Below, piece by piece: positions 22,512 through 31,352 of a DNA stretch of 32,000 bases. The notes beneath the pieces are model-generated. The model saw only the letters and a program-made list of their open reading frames with translations. It searched no databases and was not told where the DNA came from. Position 1 is the first letter of the stretch, and every line of letters begins with the position of its first letter. Source of the DNA: Zymomonas mobilis subsp. mobilis ATCC 10988 (GTDB lineage Bacteria; Pseudomonadota; Alphaproteobacteria; Sphingomonadales; Sphingomonadaceae); assembly GCF_000175255.2 (NCBI RefSeq), contig NC_017262.1, forward strand, positions 30,001 to 62,000, in the 5' to 3' direction. A program made the translations under genes and the position numbers.

Positions 22512-23021
22512 GTGATTACTGACGAATATGAGTTCGCCCATGATGATTTCGGGCCACTCGAGATGCTGGAACAATATTTTTCGGCACATGGCTGGACTCA
22601 TGAGCGTCAAAGCGATGATGAGGTGATTGCCCATTTCCAAGGCAGTTGGGCGCAATATGAATTACGGGCAATCTGGCGGGAAGAAGATAATGTCCTTCAA
22701 TTTCTCGCTTTGCCTGATATTCGGGTTTCACCGGATCGTCACGCTGTCTTGTATGAAACCTTGGGGCTTATCAATGAACAGCTCTGGATTGGCCATTTTG
22801 AAATGTGGTCAACTTCCGGCATTGTTCTGTTCCGTCATGCCGTCTTGCTAGATGATGACAGCGAAACGGCACTTTCCTTGATTCAAGCTGGAACCGTGGT
22901 CGAAGCCGCCATAGATGAATGTGAACGCTTCTATCCGGTGTTCCAATTCGTGCTTTGGGCAAATAAAAAACCGTCCGAAGCTATTGCCGCTGCCCTGATC
23001 GAAACCATCGGGGAAGCCTAA
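22512..23021 (+). CDS. YbjN domain-containing protein
   Basis: 169 aa, GTG start. GPLEMLEQYFSAHGWTHERQSDDEVIAHFQGSWAQYELRAIWREEDNVLQFLALPDIRV; sits between ubiK-like and proC. Confidence 0.8.
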   Translation: MITDEYEFAHDDFGPLEMLEQYFSAHGWTHERQSDDEVIAHFQGSWAQYELRAIWREEDNVLQFLALPDIRVSPDRHAVLYETLGLINEQLWIGHFEMWSTSGIVLFRHAVLLDDDSETALSLIQAGTVVEAAIDECERFYPVFQFVLWANKKPSEAIAAALIETIGEA

Positions 23022-23071
23022 AGGCATAAAGACCGTTTTCTGACTGATTTTTGACAAAAAGTGATAGCTTT

Positions 23072-23926
23072 ATGAGTGATACCGCATCAGATTCCGCTCC
23101 TTTGTTACCCAAAGACCAAGCCCCTTTCTGGGCATTCGGTGCCGGTAACATGGCAGGCAGTATGATAAGCTGCTGGCTCAATAATGGGCTTAATCCCAAA
23201 GATATGCTGGTTATCCGTCCCTCCGGCAAACCCGTTGCCGAAGGGGTCAAGGTTGTTACCAGTCTGCCAGAAGACGGTTCTACACCGGCCACTTTACTTT
23301 TGGGTGTCAAGCCGCAAATGCTGCCCCAGATTGCTCCGGCATTGGCGCCCTATATCACGGAAAAGACAACTCTGATTTCCATTCTAGCCGGCGTAGAATT
23401 GGAAACTTTGCGGCATTTCTTCCCGAAAGCCAAAAGCATTGTTCGTGCCATGCCCAATCTTCCGGTGGCGTTAGGGAAGGGCGTTGTTGCCCTTTGCACT
23501 GACAAGCTGACGGATGAACAGCGCAAATGCATTGAAAAATTGGCTTCAACGCTTGGTATCTTTGAATGGGTCAACGAAAACCAGTTTGATACTGCCACGG
23601 CACTGGCCGGATGCGGGCCCGCTTTTGTTTATCGCTTCATTGATGCCTTGGCACAGGCTGGACAAAAATTGGGGCTGACTGCGGATCAGGCTTTACCCAT
23701 GGCTATCGCTACAGTCGAAGGCGCGGCCAGCATGGCAAAACAAGCCGATATTACACCGGCTGAACTGGCTGATAAAGTTGCTAGTCCGGGGGGCAGCACG
23801 CGGAAAGGTATGGATGTCCTTGATAAGGATGAAGCCTTATATCAATTGATGGATGCGACCTTAGAGGCGTCTTTCAAACAAAACCGCTATATGGCCGAAA
23901 AAGCCAAAGAGACTATCGCGCAATAA
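23072..23926 (+). CDS. proC: Pyrroline-5-carboxylate reductase
   Basis: FGAGNMAGSMISCWLNNG, VRAMPNLPVALGKGVVAL, ALAGCGPAFVYRFIDALAQAGQKLGL, VASPGGSTRKGMDVLD. ATG 23072 is preferred over TTG 23051. Confidence 0.95.
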   Translation: MSDTASDSAPLLPKDQAPFWAFGAGNMAGSMISCWLNNGLNPKDMLVIRPSGKPVAEGVKVVTSLPEDGSTPATLLLGVKPQMLPQIAPALAPYITEKTTLISILAGVELETLRHFFPKAKSIVRAMPNLPVALGKGVVALCTDKLTDEQRKCIEKLASTLGIFEWVNENQFDTATALAGCGPAFVYRFIDALAQAGQKLGLTADQALPMAIATVEGAASMAKQADITPAELADKVASPGGSTRKGMDVLDKDEALYQLMDATLEASFKQNRYMAEKAKETIAQ

Positions 23927-23972
23927 GCCGATTATAACTCTCTATTTTGAGATAGTTTTGAAATTCCTTTTA

Positions 23973-24006
23973 ACGCGCAGTTTTTCAGAAAGCTGCGCGT
24001 TTTTTA
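23973..24006 (+). terminator. Rho-independent terminator downstream of proC
   Basis: Stem acgcgcag (23973-23980) / ctgcgcgt (23993-24000) followed by a T run. Confidence 0.85.
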
Positions 24007-24052
24007 TTCTCAAGCCTTCGCTAAATCCGATCATCTCTCTCAATAGCCGCGA

Positions 24053-24703
24053 TTAGAAAGCCTCTTTTGATTGCAAGACTTCTAAAAAATGCGGGAAACG
24101 ATCGGCTAAAGCCTGATCGACATCGCTCATACTCACCTTTTTCCCTAAGGCATGAAGGCTGGTCACGCCGAATTCACTGATACCGCAAGGAATAATACCA
24201 GAAAAATGCTCAAGATCAGGGCATATATTTAAAGAAAAGCCGTGAAAACTAATCCAACGCCGAACTCGGATACCAATCGCTCCAATTTTAGCTTCGCCGT
24301 CAGGCGTATCGACCCAAATCCCGATCCGTTCAGGATGACTATAGGCCGTCACCCCAAATTCAGCGAGGCTCTCAATCACCCATTTTTCAATAGAATGAAC
24401 AAAACGTCGAATATCATTACCGTGTTTTCGGATATCCATCATTAAATATCCAATCCGCTGACCGGGACCATGATAGGTATAACGCCCCCCACGTTCCGCG
24501 GGATAAACCGGGAAACGATCAGGCATTAACAATTCCCGCCTATCCGCACTACTTCCGGCGGTATAAAGCGGCGGATGCTGCAAAAACCACAGCATTTCAG
24601 AGGCTTCCTGATTGGCAATATCCGCCACCCGTTTCGTCATTTCTGAACGGGCATATTCGTAATCTGTCAGCCCCTCACTGACCCGCCATTCAATAGAAGA
24701 CAT
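24053..24703 (-). CDS. lipB: Octanoyltransferase
   Basis: LWFLQHPPLYTAGSSADRRELL, GRGGRYTYHGPGQRIGYLMMDI, KIGAIGIRVRRWISFHGFSLNI, IIPCGISEFGVTSL. Confidence 0.97.
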   Translation of the reverse strand: MSSIEWRVSEGLTDYEYARSEMTKRVADIANQEASEMLWFLQHPPLYTAGSSADRRELLMPDRFPVYPAERGGRYTYHGPGQRIGYLMMDIRKHGNDIRRFVHSIEKWVIESLAEFGVTAYSHPERIGIWVDTPDGEAKIGAIGIRVRRWISFHGFSLNICPDLEHFSGIIPCGISEFGVTSLHALGKKVSMSDVDQALADRFPHFLEVLQSKEAF

Positions 24704-24831
24704 GCTGTATCCGTTTCGATATTTTGATTATTTTTTAAGGTCATCATGCCTAATTCACAGAGCTTCTACTGCAAATAGCTTCAAAGGCAAAATCAAAGAC
24801 CAGAAGCCCTTCCGAGAATATCGAATAGATT

Positions 24832-24865
24832 TTTAAAAAGGCTAGAGTAATCTTACTCTAGCCTT
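24832..24865 (-). terminator. Rho-independent terminator downstream of the TonB-dependent receptor
   Basis: 12-bp perfect stem aaggctagagta/tactctagcctt with an atct loop. The minus strand continues into a T-rich stretch. Confidence 0.8.
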
Positions 24866-24878
24866 ATGATAGCCAATC

Positions 24879-27308
24879 TTACAAATTTACGTCGACTTTA
24901 AAATAATAGAATCCGCCGTTGATTCCTAATTGTGAAGTATCCATTACGTATTTTTCTGTCCCTAAATAACGATGTGCCAGAGGGACACGGCTAGGATAGG
25001 TATTAAACAGATTATTCGCACCGGCCGTCAAAGATAGCTTGGCATTAACCCGATAAGTTATATCCAAATTGGTTGTATATTTTACCCGATTATGAAAAGC
25101 GACGAAGTCGTAATTCGATAATATATCGCTATTAGCGGTGCCACCATAATAGGATAGCTGCGAGGTTGTATGTCCCCAGCGGATTTCATGTAAACCGACA
25201 ATCCATTTTTTATCGCCACTGGTAAACTGACCACCCCAGATAATTTTACTACGTGGATAAGCGGTAGTGATATAGGCAATGCTTTGCTTGGTCAGAAGAT
25301 CATTGCCATCAGCATCTTTTCCCTGATGCGTTAAAATAGTGCGATTGATATTGGCTGACACACTCCAGTCAATATGACCAATATCACCAAGATAGGTCGG
25401 GTAGGTGGCCGTAATATCAATACCTCTGGTGCGGGTATTGGCGACATTGGCAAACCAATGGGTCGAAATAGAGGCCGCCGTCCAGCTTCCTGCATCCATC
25501 GGCAAGGAAAACCCATTCATGGCAAGCGCACTTAAAGCCTGATTGCCATAGACATTGCCTCCGGGCAAAATTTGGCCACGCAGCTTAATTTGATAAAGGT
25601 CAGCCGTGATATGTAGCCTTTTGATCGGTTCAAAAGTAACACCGGCTGTAATATTGGTTGAATGTTCCGGCTTCAATTTTTTGGAACCATTAGCGAGTGC
25701 ACCGACTGAATTCGGACTGATAATCCCATCCGCAGAGGTAGGTGACACCGCAACCGCACTATAATTTTCTTGTGCCAAAGTCGGGGCATGAAAGGCGTTT
25801 GAAATGGTGCCTCTGAATCCTAACCATTTGAAAGGATCATAACGCAAAGCCACTTTTCCGGTTTTAGCGCTGCCAACATCGGAATAATGCTCGTAACGTC
25901 CTGCGACATCAATTTGTAACTGTTTGACCAAATGGGTCGCTACATCGAAATAACCGCCAAAGACATTCCGGCTGAATTTGCCTGCACTTGCCGCTGATAT
26001 CCCTGGTAAAGCCTCTGATCCACCACCATAAAGGGAATCCGCCGACCCGACCCCAATGGTATAGCTTTCATAGCGATGGGTTCCACCACCCGCGACATTA
26101 ATTTCATGAGGCCAGCCATCAATATGAAAGGCCTTGCTGAAATCAATCGAGTTACTCCATTGCTGGTTATTAAAACGCTGAACCCCCTTAAATGTCGTGG
26201 GCGTTCTTCCTGTATCGGCTTCTATCTGCCGGTTTGAAGAGTTTTTTAAACCGATCGTATTATAGTCACGCCCATAGACGCTAGAAACATCCCAATTCCA
26301 ACCTTTGATCGTGCCTTTCAGACCGCCCATAATTTCTCAATCATTTTCATTCATGGTTTCTATGGGTGAATATCCGTTAGGATAGATCGCCGAATAACCG
26401 GGATATCCGGCCAAACTACTGGCTAGGCGATAATTTTCAAAGGCTTCGGAATAGCGATGAGCATAAGTCGCTAAACCATAGGCTTCGATATTATCGGTAA
26501 TTTCGTAGCCACCTTTAATCGCAAAACTTTCCCGTGTCTGTTCGGGCTGCCCTAATAATTTGTTGTCTTTTTTACCCGTTCTTAAATCAGCAGCACTGCG
26601 ATAACTATGATTCTGACGCAGAAAATCACCACTGACATGAAGGTAACCGCGTGATCCCAGCTTGGTGCCGCCATCAAGATAAACACCCTGTTGAAAGCCA
26701 TCTTTGGCTGCGGTTACGCCTGTCACAGTTTGGGCATGAAAACCATGATCTTGTTTTTTCAGGATAATGTTCACAACGCCAGCCACTGCATCTGAGCCAT
26801 ATTGTGCAGAGGCACCATCTCGTAATACTTCGATATGATCGATCGCCGCCATTGGTATCATATCAATATCGACGGGGGTTGTGCCTTGTTGGGGGCCTGA
26901 ATCAGCATAAAGATTGGCGGTGGTATGGCGGCGTTTGCCATCAACCAGAACAAGGGTTTCGTTGGCGTTTAACCCTCTCAGGCTGATAGAATCCGTTAAA
27001 GCGCCGCTATCATATCCTCCATTGGGAACACTCAAAGAAGGCAGTAATTGCGTCAAGGCATTGCGTAAGCTGGGCATACCTGTCTGGGTAAGCTGCTTGG
27101 CTGAAATAATATCGATAGGCGATATACTCTCACGGGCTTTTTTGCCGGTTTCACGGGTGCCGGTAACGATGATAGCATCACCATTGTTATTAGACGCAGC
27201 ATCCGTTTGTTCAGCTGCAAAGCTCGCATATGGGTATTGAAAAATAGTCCATGAAAGCGAAAAGAAAAAGCTTCCTTTTTTAATAAAATTTTTCATACCC
27301 CACCCCAA
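24879..27308 (-). pseudogene. TonB-dependent outer-membrane receptor, interrupted by one in-frame TGA
   Basis: 27308-26337 carries the signal peptide, TonB box-like DAIIVTGTRE and plug (LRGLNANETLVLVDGKRR, IEVLRDGASAQYGSDAVAGVVNIILKK). 26330-24879 carries the barrel and the C-terminal FYFKVDVNL. Both are in the same frame: ...ETMNEND-TGA-EIMGGLKGTIKGWNWDVSS. Confidence 0.85.
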
Positions 27309-27932
27309 TTATTATAAAATTAATTCCTTATATTTTAATTTTTTCTTCCATTTATTTTGAAATTTTATTGTCTTAAAATAAAATATTTATAACAACATTT
27401 CTTATTTTACTAATAATTTGCATCTTTTCAATAGAAAGTAATGAATATCCCGTTTATTTTGAAATTTAAATGCTAAAATATTGATTTTTTAGGGTTTTTA
27501 TTTTTTAAAAATGATAATTTATAAAAAAATGAAAATTGGTCGGGTTGACTATAATCAGCAAAAATTAGGTGAAAATTTATTTTAAAATAAATTTTATACA
27601 TCCCATAGACTTTAATGATTTTACTTTTATCCAAGCACAATGCTGCTTTTTTAAAGGGATATGCTGACCTGATAGGGTGGTTTTCTACATCGGACGATAA
27701 TGCAATTACCGTCCTTTTTCTTAATGGCAGCGGTTCAGATTCTGCCTTTTCTCTATTTTCAATCCCAAGGCTTTTGCTTTGGATTAAAAAATCCTTCATA
27801 GAAGGCGAGGGGACAAAAAAGCCGGATAGCCTTTTTTATAAAAACGCGTTTATTTTAATATCCAAGCCCCTGTAACGGCTTCATTATCAAAACTGACATA
27901 ACGCAGAATTTCGGGTTAATAAGGAAAAATTG

Positions 27933-28685
27933 GTGCCTTCTTTTCGCATAAACAATCTTATCATTGATAGCTGGGCTTTCCTCAAACGAGAGATCAAGCT
28001 GATTACGCCGGTGGCGCTATCGACTATCGGCTTTGGCAATCTTCTGATTTTGTTGCTTTTTCCGACAACGCCCATGATGGAAGCCGGAAGTCAGCCGCGT
28101 CTTTTCCCGCTGCTGGTTTTACTGATCGGGGGCAGTTTCAATCTGATTGGTATTCTGGCTCTGTCGCGCTTAACCCTTATTGGGGGCGAAACCGTCAAAG
28201 ACGCTTTTAAAGTAGCGCTGAATCGTCTGATTTCGATTTTTGCCTTTTTGTTTACGATTTCGATTTTGTTATCGCTGACCCTTATTTTGGTTGGGACATT
28301 CCTGTTAAAATTATATGCAGCGCATCATTTTCCGGTTTCAACCTCAATGCTTTTGAGCTTGGGCGGCCTATGCGTCATGCTTTTTCTGGCACTTCAGGTC
28401 AAATTCTTTTTCTGGTATCCGATGATGGCTGAAAAAGATTCCGCTTTTCAGGCTATCAAACATAGTTTTTCTTTAACGCGCGGGCTTTTCTGGCCGTTGC
28501 TTTTAATTTTATTGCCTTTTTTAATCGGTGATTATGGTCTGTCGAGAATTTTAGGACTAGCCGCCTCAATGTCGATCTCGCTGAAAATGGCAGTGAGTAT
28601 TCTCGTAGTATTGCTGACGACCGCCATCAGCACAATGCAGGTTATTATTCAGGCAACATTATACAAAATTGCTAAACTAGAATGA
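27933..28685 (+). CDS. Uncharacterized multi-spanning membrane protein
   Basis: About 250 aa with several long hydrophobic segments (VALSTIGFGNLLILLLF, LFPLLVLLIGGSFNLIGILAL, FLFTISILLSLTLILVGTFLLKLYA). Start is TTG 27930 or GTG 27933. Confidence 0.65.
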   Translation: MPSFRINNLIIDSWAFLKREIKLITPVALSTIGFGNLLILLLFPTTPMMEAGSQPRLFPLLVLLIGGSFNLIGILALSRLTLIGGETVKDAFKVALNRLISIFAFLFTISILLSLTLILVGTFLLKLYAAHHFPVSTSMLLSLGGLCVMLFLALQVKFFFWYPMMAEKDSAFQAIKHSFSLTRGLFWPLLLILLPFLIGDYGLSRILGLAASMSISLKMAVSILVVLLTTAISTMQVIIQATLYKIAKLE

Positions 28686-29115
28686 AATGCCACGCAATTC
28701 GAATTGATTATATAACATTTTAGCTCCCCTCTTCCGATCATCTCAGGCATGACAATAGAAATACATCTCGACGATCAACTAAGCTAAGTAATACTGCAAC
28801 AGCATGACGTAGGTTTTGATCAACTCGCCTTTTACGAAATGAACCACTACTGCTTTTTCGGTAATTACTATCGCCCCCAGGCGAAGGATAGAATGGCTGG
28901 GAAGGAAAAAAACGTCGAAACCCCTGGTGCCTGTTCTGCATGCCGAGCAATTTTCTGTAGCACTTATTTGACAGTGATCATTTCTAGGAGTTGTGCATCG
29001 AGATAATTTAGCCTCCACTTAAGTATAGAAATAATATTAAAAAAAATTATCTTATATTATTTAAATTTTTTACCAAATTTATTTTAATTATACCGTATTC
29101 AATTAAAAAATAGAC

Positions 29116-29150
29116 TCGACGTATTTTGTGATTTACTGTATAAATATACA
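29116..29150 (+). promoter_or_regulatory. Candidate promoter with an overlapping inverted repeat, upstream of the phosphoribosyltransferase/SLOG cassette
   Basis: tcgacg (29116-29121), 17 nt, tataaa (29139-29144), overlapped by TGTATA-AA-TATACA (29137-29150). Confidence 0.4.
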
Positions 29151-29514
29151 ATTTTACAGAATTTTAGAAAGAAGTTGAATTATGGTCTATAGGATTTCAG
29201 GAAATTGGTTAATAGGCGTTGCCTGTGATCTTCACACTGTAGAGAGCATCTATCTTGGGGTAGATGAATATGGACATAATAGGTTTGAAAACACAAGAAG
29301 TGTAATTGGTGAATTAGTTTATCAGCTCAAGTATCAGAACGACCAGACGACTATTCCCAAGATTATTGATCTTCTTCTCCAAAACATTAAAGGTATCGAA
29401 TCATTTGATGCTATCATCCCAGTTCCATCTTCTAAAATTCGAAGAATTCAACCTGTAGATGCAATATCTAAAGCCCTCGGTGATAAATGTAAAGTTCCTG
29501 TACTCATCAATTAC

Positions 29515-30293
29515 CTAGGTTTTGTTGACAAAGGAAGGTAACCACAATTTTACGGCCGCGAGATGAAGGAAGGCGAGAAAAGATTTTCTGGTTTTGTCAT
29601 AGCGTGTGGCAATGCGCCTGAACTGCTTTAGCTTATTAAACATCCGCTCAATACGATTACGATCTTTGTAGTGCTGGAGATTATAAGGAATAGGCTTTTT
29701 TCGATTGGAACGAGGCGGGATAACAGGAAGAATGCCTCGAAAAAGCAGTTTTTCGCGTAACCTATCGCTATCATATCCTTTATCAGCGAGAAAACAGTGG
29801 GGTGTTGTGACAGGGATATCTATCAAGCTATCAGCGCCAGAATAATCAGAGACCTCACCACCGGTTAGTGCGAAAGCTAGAGGGCGGCCTTGACCATCGG
29901 AACGGGCGTGGATCTTGCTCGTAAAGCCTCCGCGACTGCGACCAAAGCCTTCCTTATACGTCCCCCTTTTGCGCCAGCCGCTTGGCTGTGGGCGCGAATA
30001 ATCGTACTATCTATCATATGTTGCCAGTCATCTGTCAGGCCAAGGTCAACGAGAGTTTCAAGAAGAGCGTCCCACACACCCTGTTCTGCCCACCTACGAA
30101 ACCGAACATAGACCGAATTCCATTTCCCATAACGTTCATGCATATCTCGCCACGGGCAGCCTGTTCGAAGCACATAAAGCATACCATTGAGAAATAACCG
30201 ATTACTTTTGGCGGGACGCGCGCAGCGGCCTCGTTCGCTTGGAAGAAGACCCTGTATTATCTCCCACTCCGCGTCCGTCAGATCTCCTCGCAT
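29515..30293 (-). CDS. IS5-family transposase, two overlapping frames joined by a -1 frameshift
   Basis: ORFA 30293-29877: MRGDLTDAEWEIIQGLLP...CPWRDMHERYGKWNSVYVRFRRW. A -1 shift at AAAAGGGGG (minus strand, 29970-29962) yields GTYKEGFGRSRGGFTSKIHARSDGQGRPLAFALTGGEVSDYSGADSLIDIPVTTPHCFLADKGYDSDRLREKL...SNRKKPIPYNLQHYKDRNRIERMFNKLKQFRRIATRYDK. The fused product is 259 aa. Confidence 0.9.
29518..29534. repeat. Terminal inverted repeat of the IS (window-left end)
   Basis: ggttttgttgacaaagg; matches the reverse complement of 30350-30366 at 16/17 positions. Confidence 0.92.
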
Positions 30294-30349
30294 CCTATCT
30301 ACCCTACAAAACTTGTTCTCAAGTTATCTCTAAAAATCTTAAATTATAC

Positions 30350-30366
30350 CCTTTGTCAACAGAACC
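30350..30366. repeat. Terminal inverted repeat of the IS (window-right end)
   Basis: cctttgtcaacagaacc. Confidence 0.92.
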
Positions 30367-30604
30367 TAGTAAAAAATGGTGATATCGAATTAAAAGGTAT
30401 TACAGATCCAGCAGATCGTGACAGAGCTTTATTTGATAGTATTGTCGTAGCAGGGACAACAGATCTTTCTGAAAAGAATGTTTTACTCGTGGATGATCTA
30501 TATAGATCAGGTGCAACCCTTGATGCATGCTGTCGCGCCCTCAAGAAAAGTACACAAGTAAAAAATATCTGTGTTTTGACAATGACAAAAACTAGGAAGA
30601 ACAG

Positions 30605-31165
30605 ATGACGGTTGTATTCTTATCTGGTTCACGTAGAATTAGCCGCTTAAATGATAAAATTCGCTTTCGTTTACAAAATATCATGAAACAAAATTTTCAG
30701 ATTTTTATTGGTGATGCTAATGGTGCAGATAAAGCTATGCAGTCATATCTCGCTGATCAGCACTACCCAAATGTATCTATATACTTTGTAGGGAGTATTT
30801 GTCGTAACAATATTGGTAATTGGAATACTAAACAAATAGCAGTAGATAAAAATCTGAAAGGAAGAGCATTCTATACCGAAAAAGACAAAGCAATGGCTGC
30901 GGAAGCTGACTTTGGCTTCGTTTTATGGGATGGAATAAGTGAAGGATCGATCAATAATATATTTGAGCTTTTGAATAGTCAAAAAAAAGCAGTAGTCTAT
31001 CTTTCTACACATAAAAAATTTTTTAATATCAAGACAGCTAATGATATTGAAAACCTAATAAACTGCACTGACCCTGAAGCATTATCCAAACTGCAAGGAT
31101 TACGAACTATTCGTAGGCAAATGGAGAAACATAATCTCATGGATCAAGGAAGTTTTCCGATTTAA
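30605..31165 (+). CDS. SLOG/DprA-like Rossmann-fold protein, second gene of the phosphoribosyltransferase cassette
   Basis: 186 aa. VVFLSGSRRISRL...FQIFIGDANGADKAMQSYL...VSIYFVG...DKAMAAEADFGFVLWDGISEGSINNIFELLNSQKKAVVYLS. The start overlaps the upstream stop as ATGA. Confidence 0.75.
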   Translation: MTVVFLSGSRRISRLNDKIRFRLQNIMKQNFQIFIGDANGADKAMQSYLADQHYPNVSIYFVGSICRNNIGNWNTKQIAVDKNLKGRAFYTEKDKAMAAEADFGFVLWDGISEGSINNIFELLNSQKKAVVYLSTHKKFFNIKTANDIENLINCTDPEALSKLQGLRTIRRQMEKHNLMDQGSFPI

Positions 31166-31323
31166 ATCTAACTTAGTACTTTGGAAAATAATTCCAAAAG
31201 TTCTTATCTAAAGTAGAAAGGCAGAGTTTAGCAGGTATAAATAGTTTTATATTATATCTGATAAAGGTTAATCGAATTTCCATGTTGAGAGCCTCAAGAA
31301 AACCGGCTTTTAAAAAAGAGGAT

Positions 31324-31346
31324 ATCGCCCCTTTAAAAGGGGCGAT
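31324..31346 (-). terminator. Rho-independent terminator downstream of queE
   Basis: atcgcccc-tttaaaa-ggggcgat. On the minus strand it is followed by atcctcttttttaaaa. Confidence 0.75.
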
Positions 31347-31352
31347 CATCCG

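Larger units (their letters stand above)
29518..30366 (-). mobile_element. IS5-family (IS427-like) insertion sequence, 849 bp
   Basis: 17-bp terminal inverted repeats with one mismatch (ggttttgttgacaaagg / cctttgtcaacagaacc), TA duplication at 29516-29517 and 30367-30368 from a CTAG target, and an internal two-frame DDE transposase. Confidence 0.93.
29182..30608 (+). pseudogene. ComF-like phosphoribosyltransferase gene split by an IS element
   Basis: Coding segments are 29182-29517 and 30369-30608. Joining them at the CTAG target gives one 191-aa frame with IPVP, TRSVIGELVYQLKY and the PRPP-binding-loop motif NVLLVDDLYRSGATLD. Confidence 0.85.

Noticed and set aside
26328-26345. TGA in the TonB receptor as a selenocysteine or recoding site
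   Set aside because: I saw no SECIS-like hairpin immediately downstream, and TonB-dependent receptors are not known selenoproteins. A nonsense mutation or sequencing error is simpler.
27473-27875. Overlapping antisense ORFs (108 aa minus, 86 aa plus) in the AT-rich gap
   Set aside because: They mirror each other, have no recognisable domain and no convincing start signal. Kept only as a note on the intergenic region.
29890-30197. Plus-strand ORFs inside the IS element
   Set aside because: Antisense to ORFA of the transposase; nothing supports a passenger gene in an 849-bp element fully occupied by the transposase.
30350-30366. TTGACA in the IS end with nearby TATAAT as a strong minus-strand promoter
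   Set aside because: On the minus strand the spacing between ttgaca and tataat is only about 5 nt, incompatible with a sigma70 promoter.
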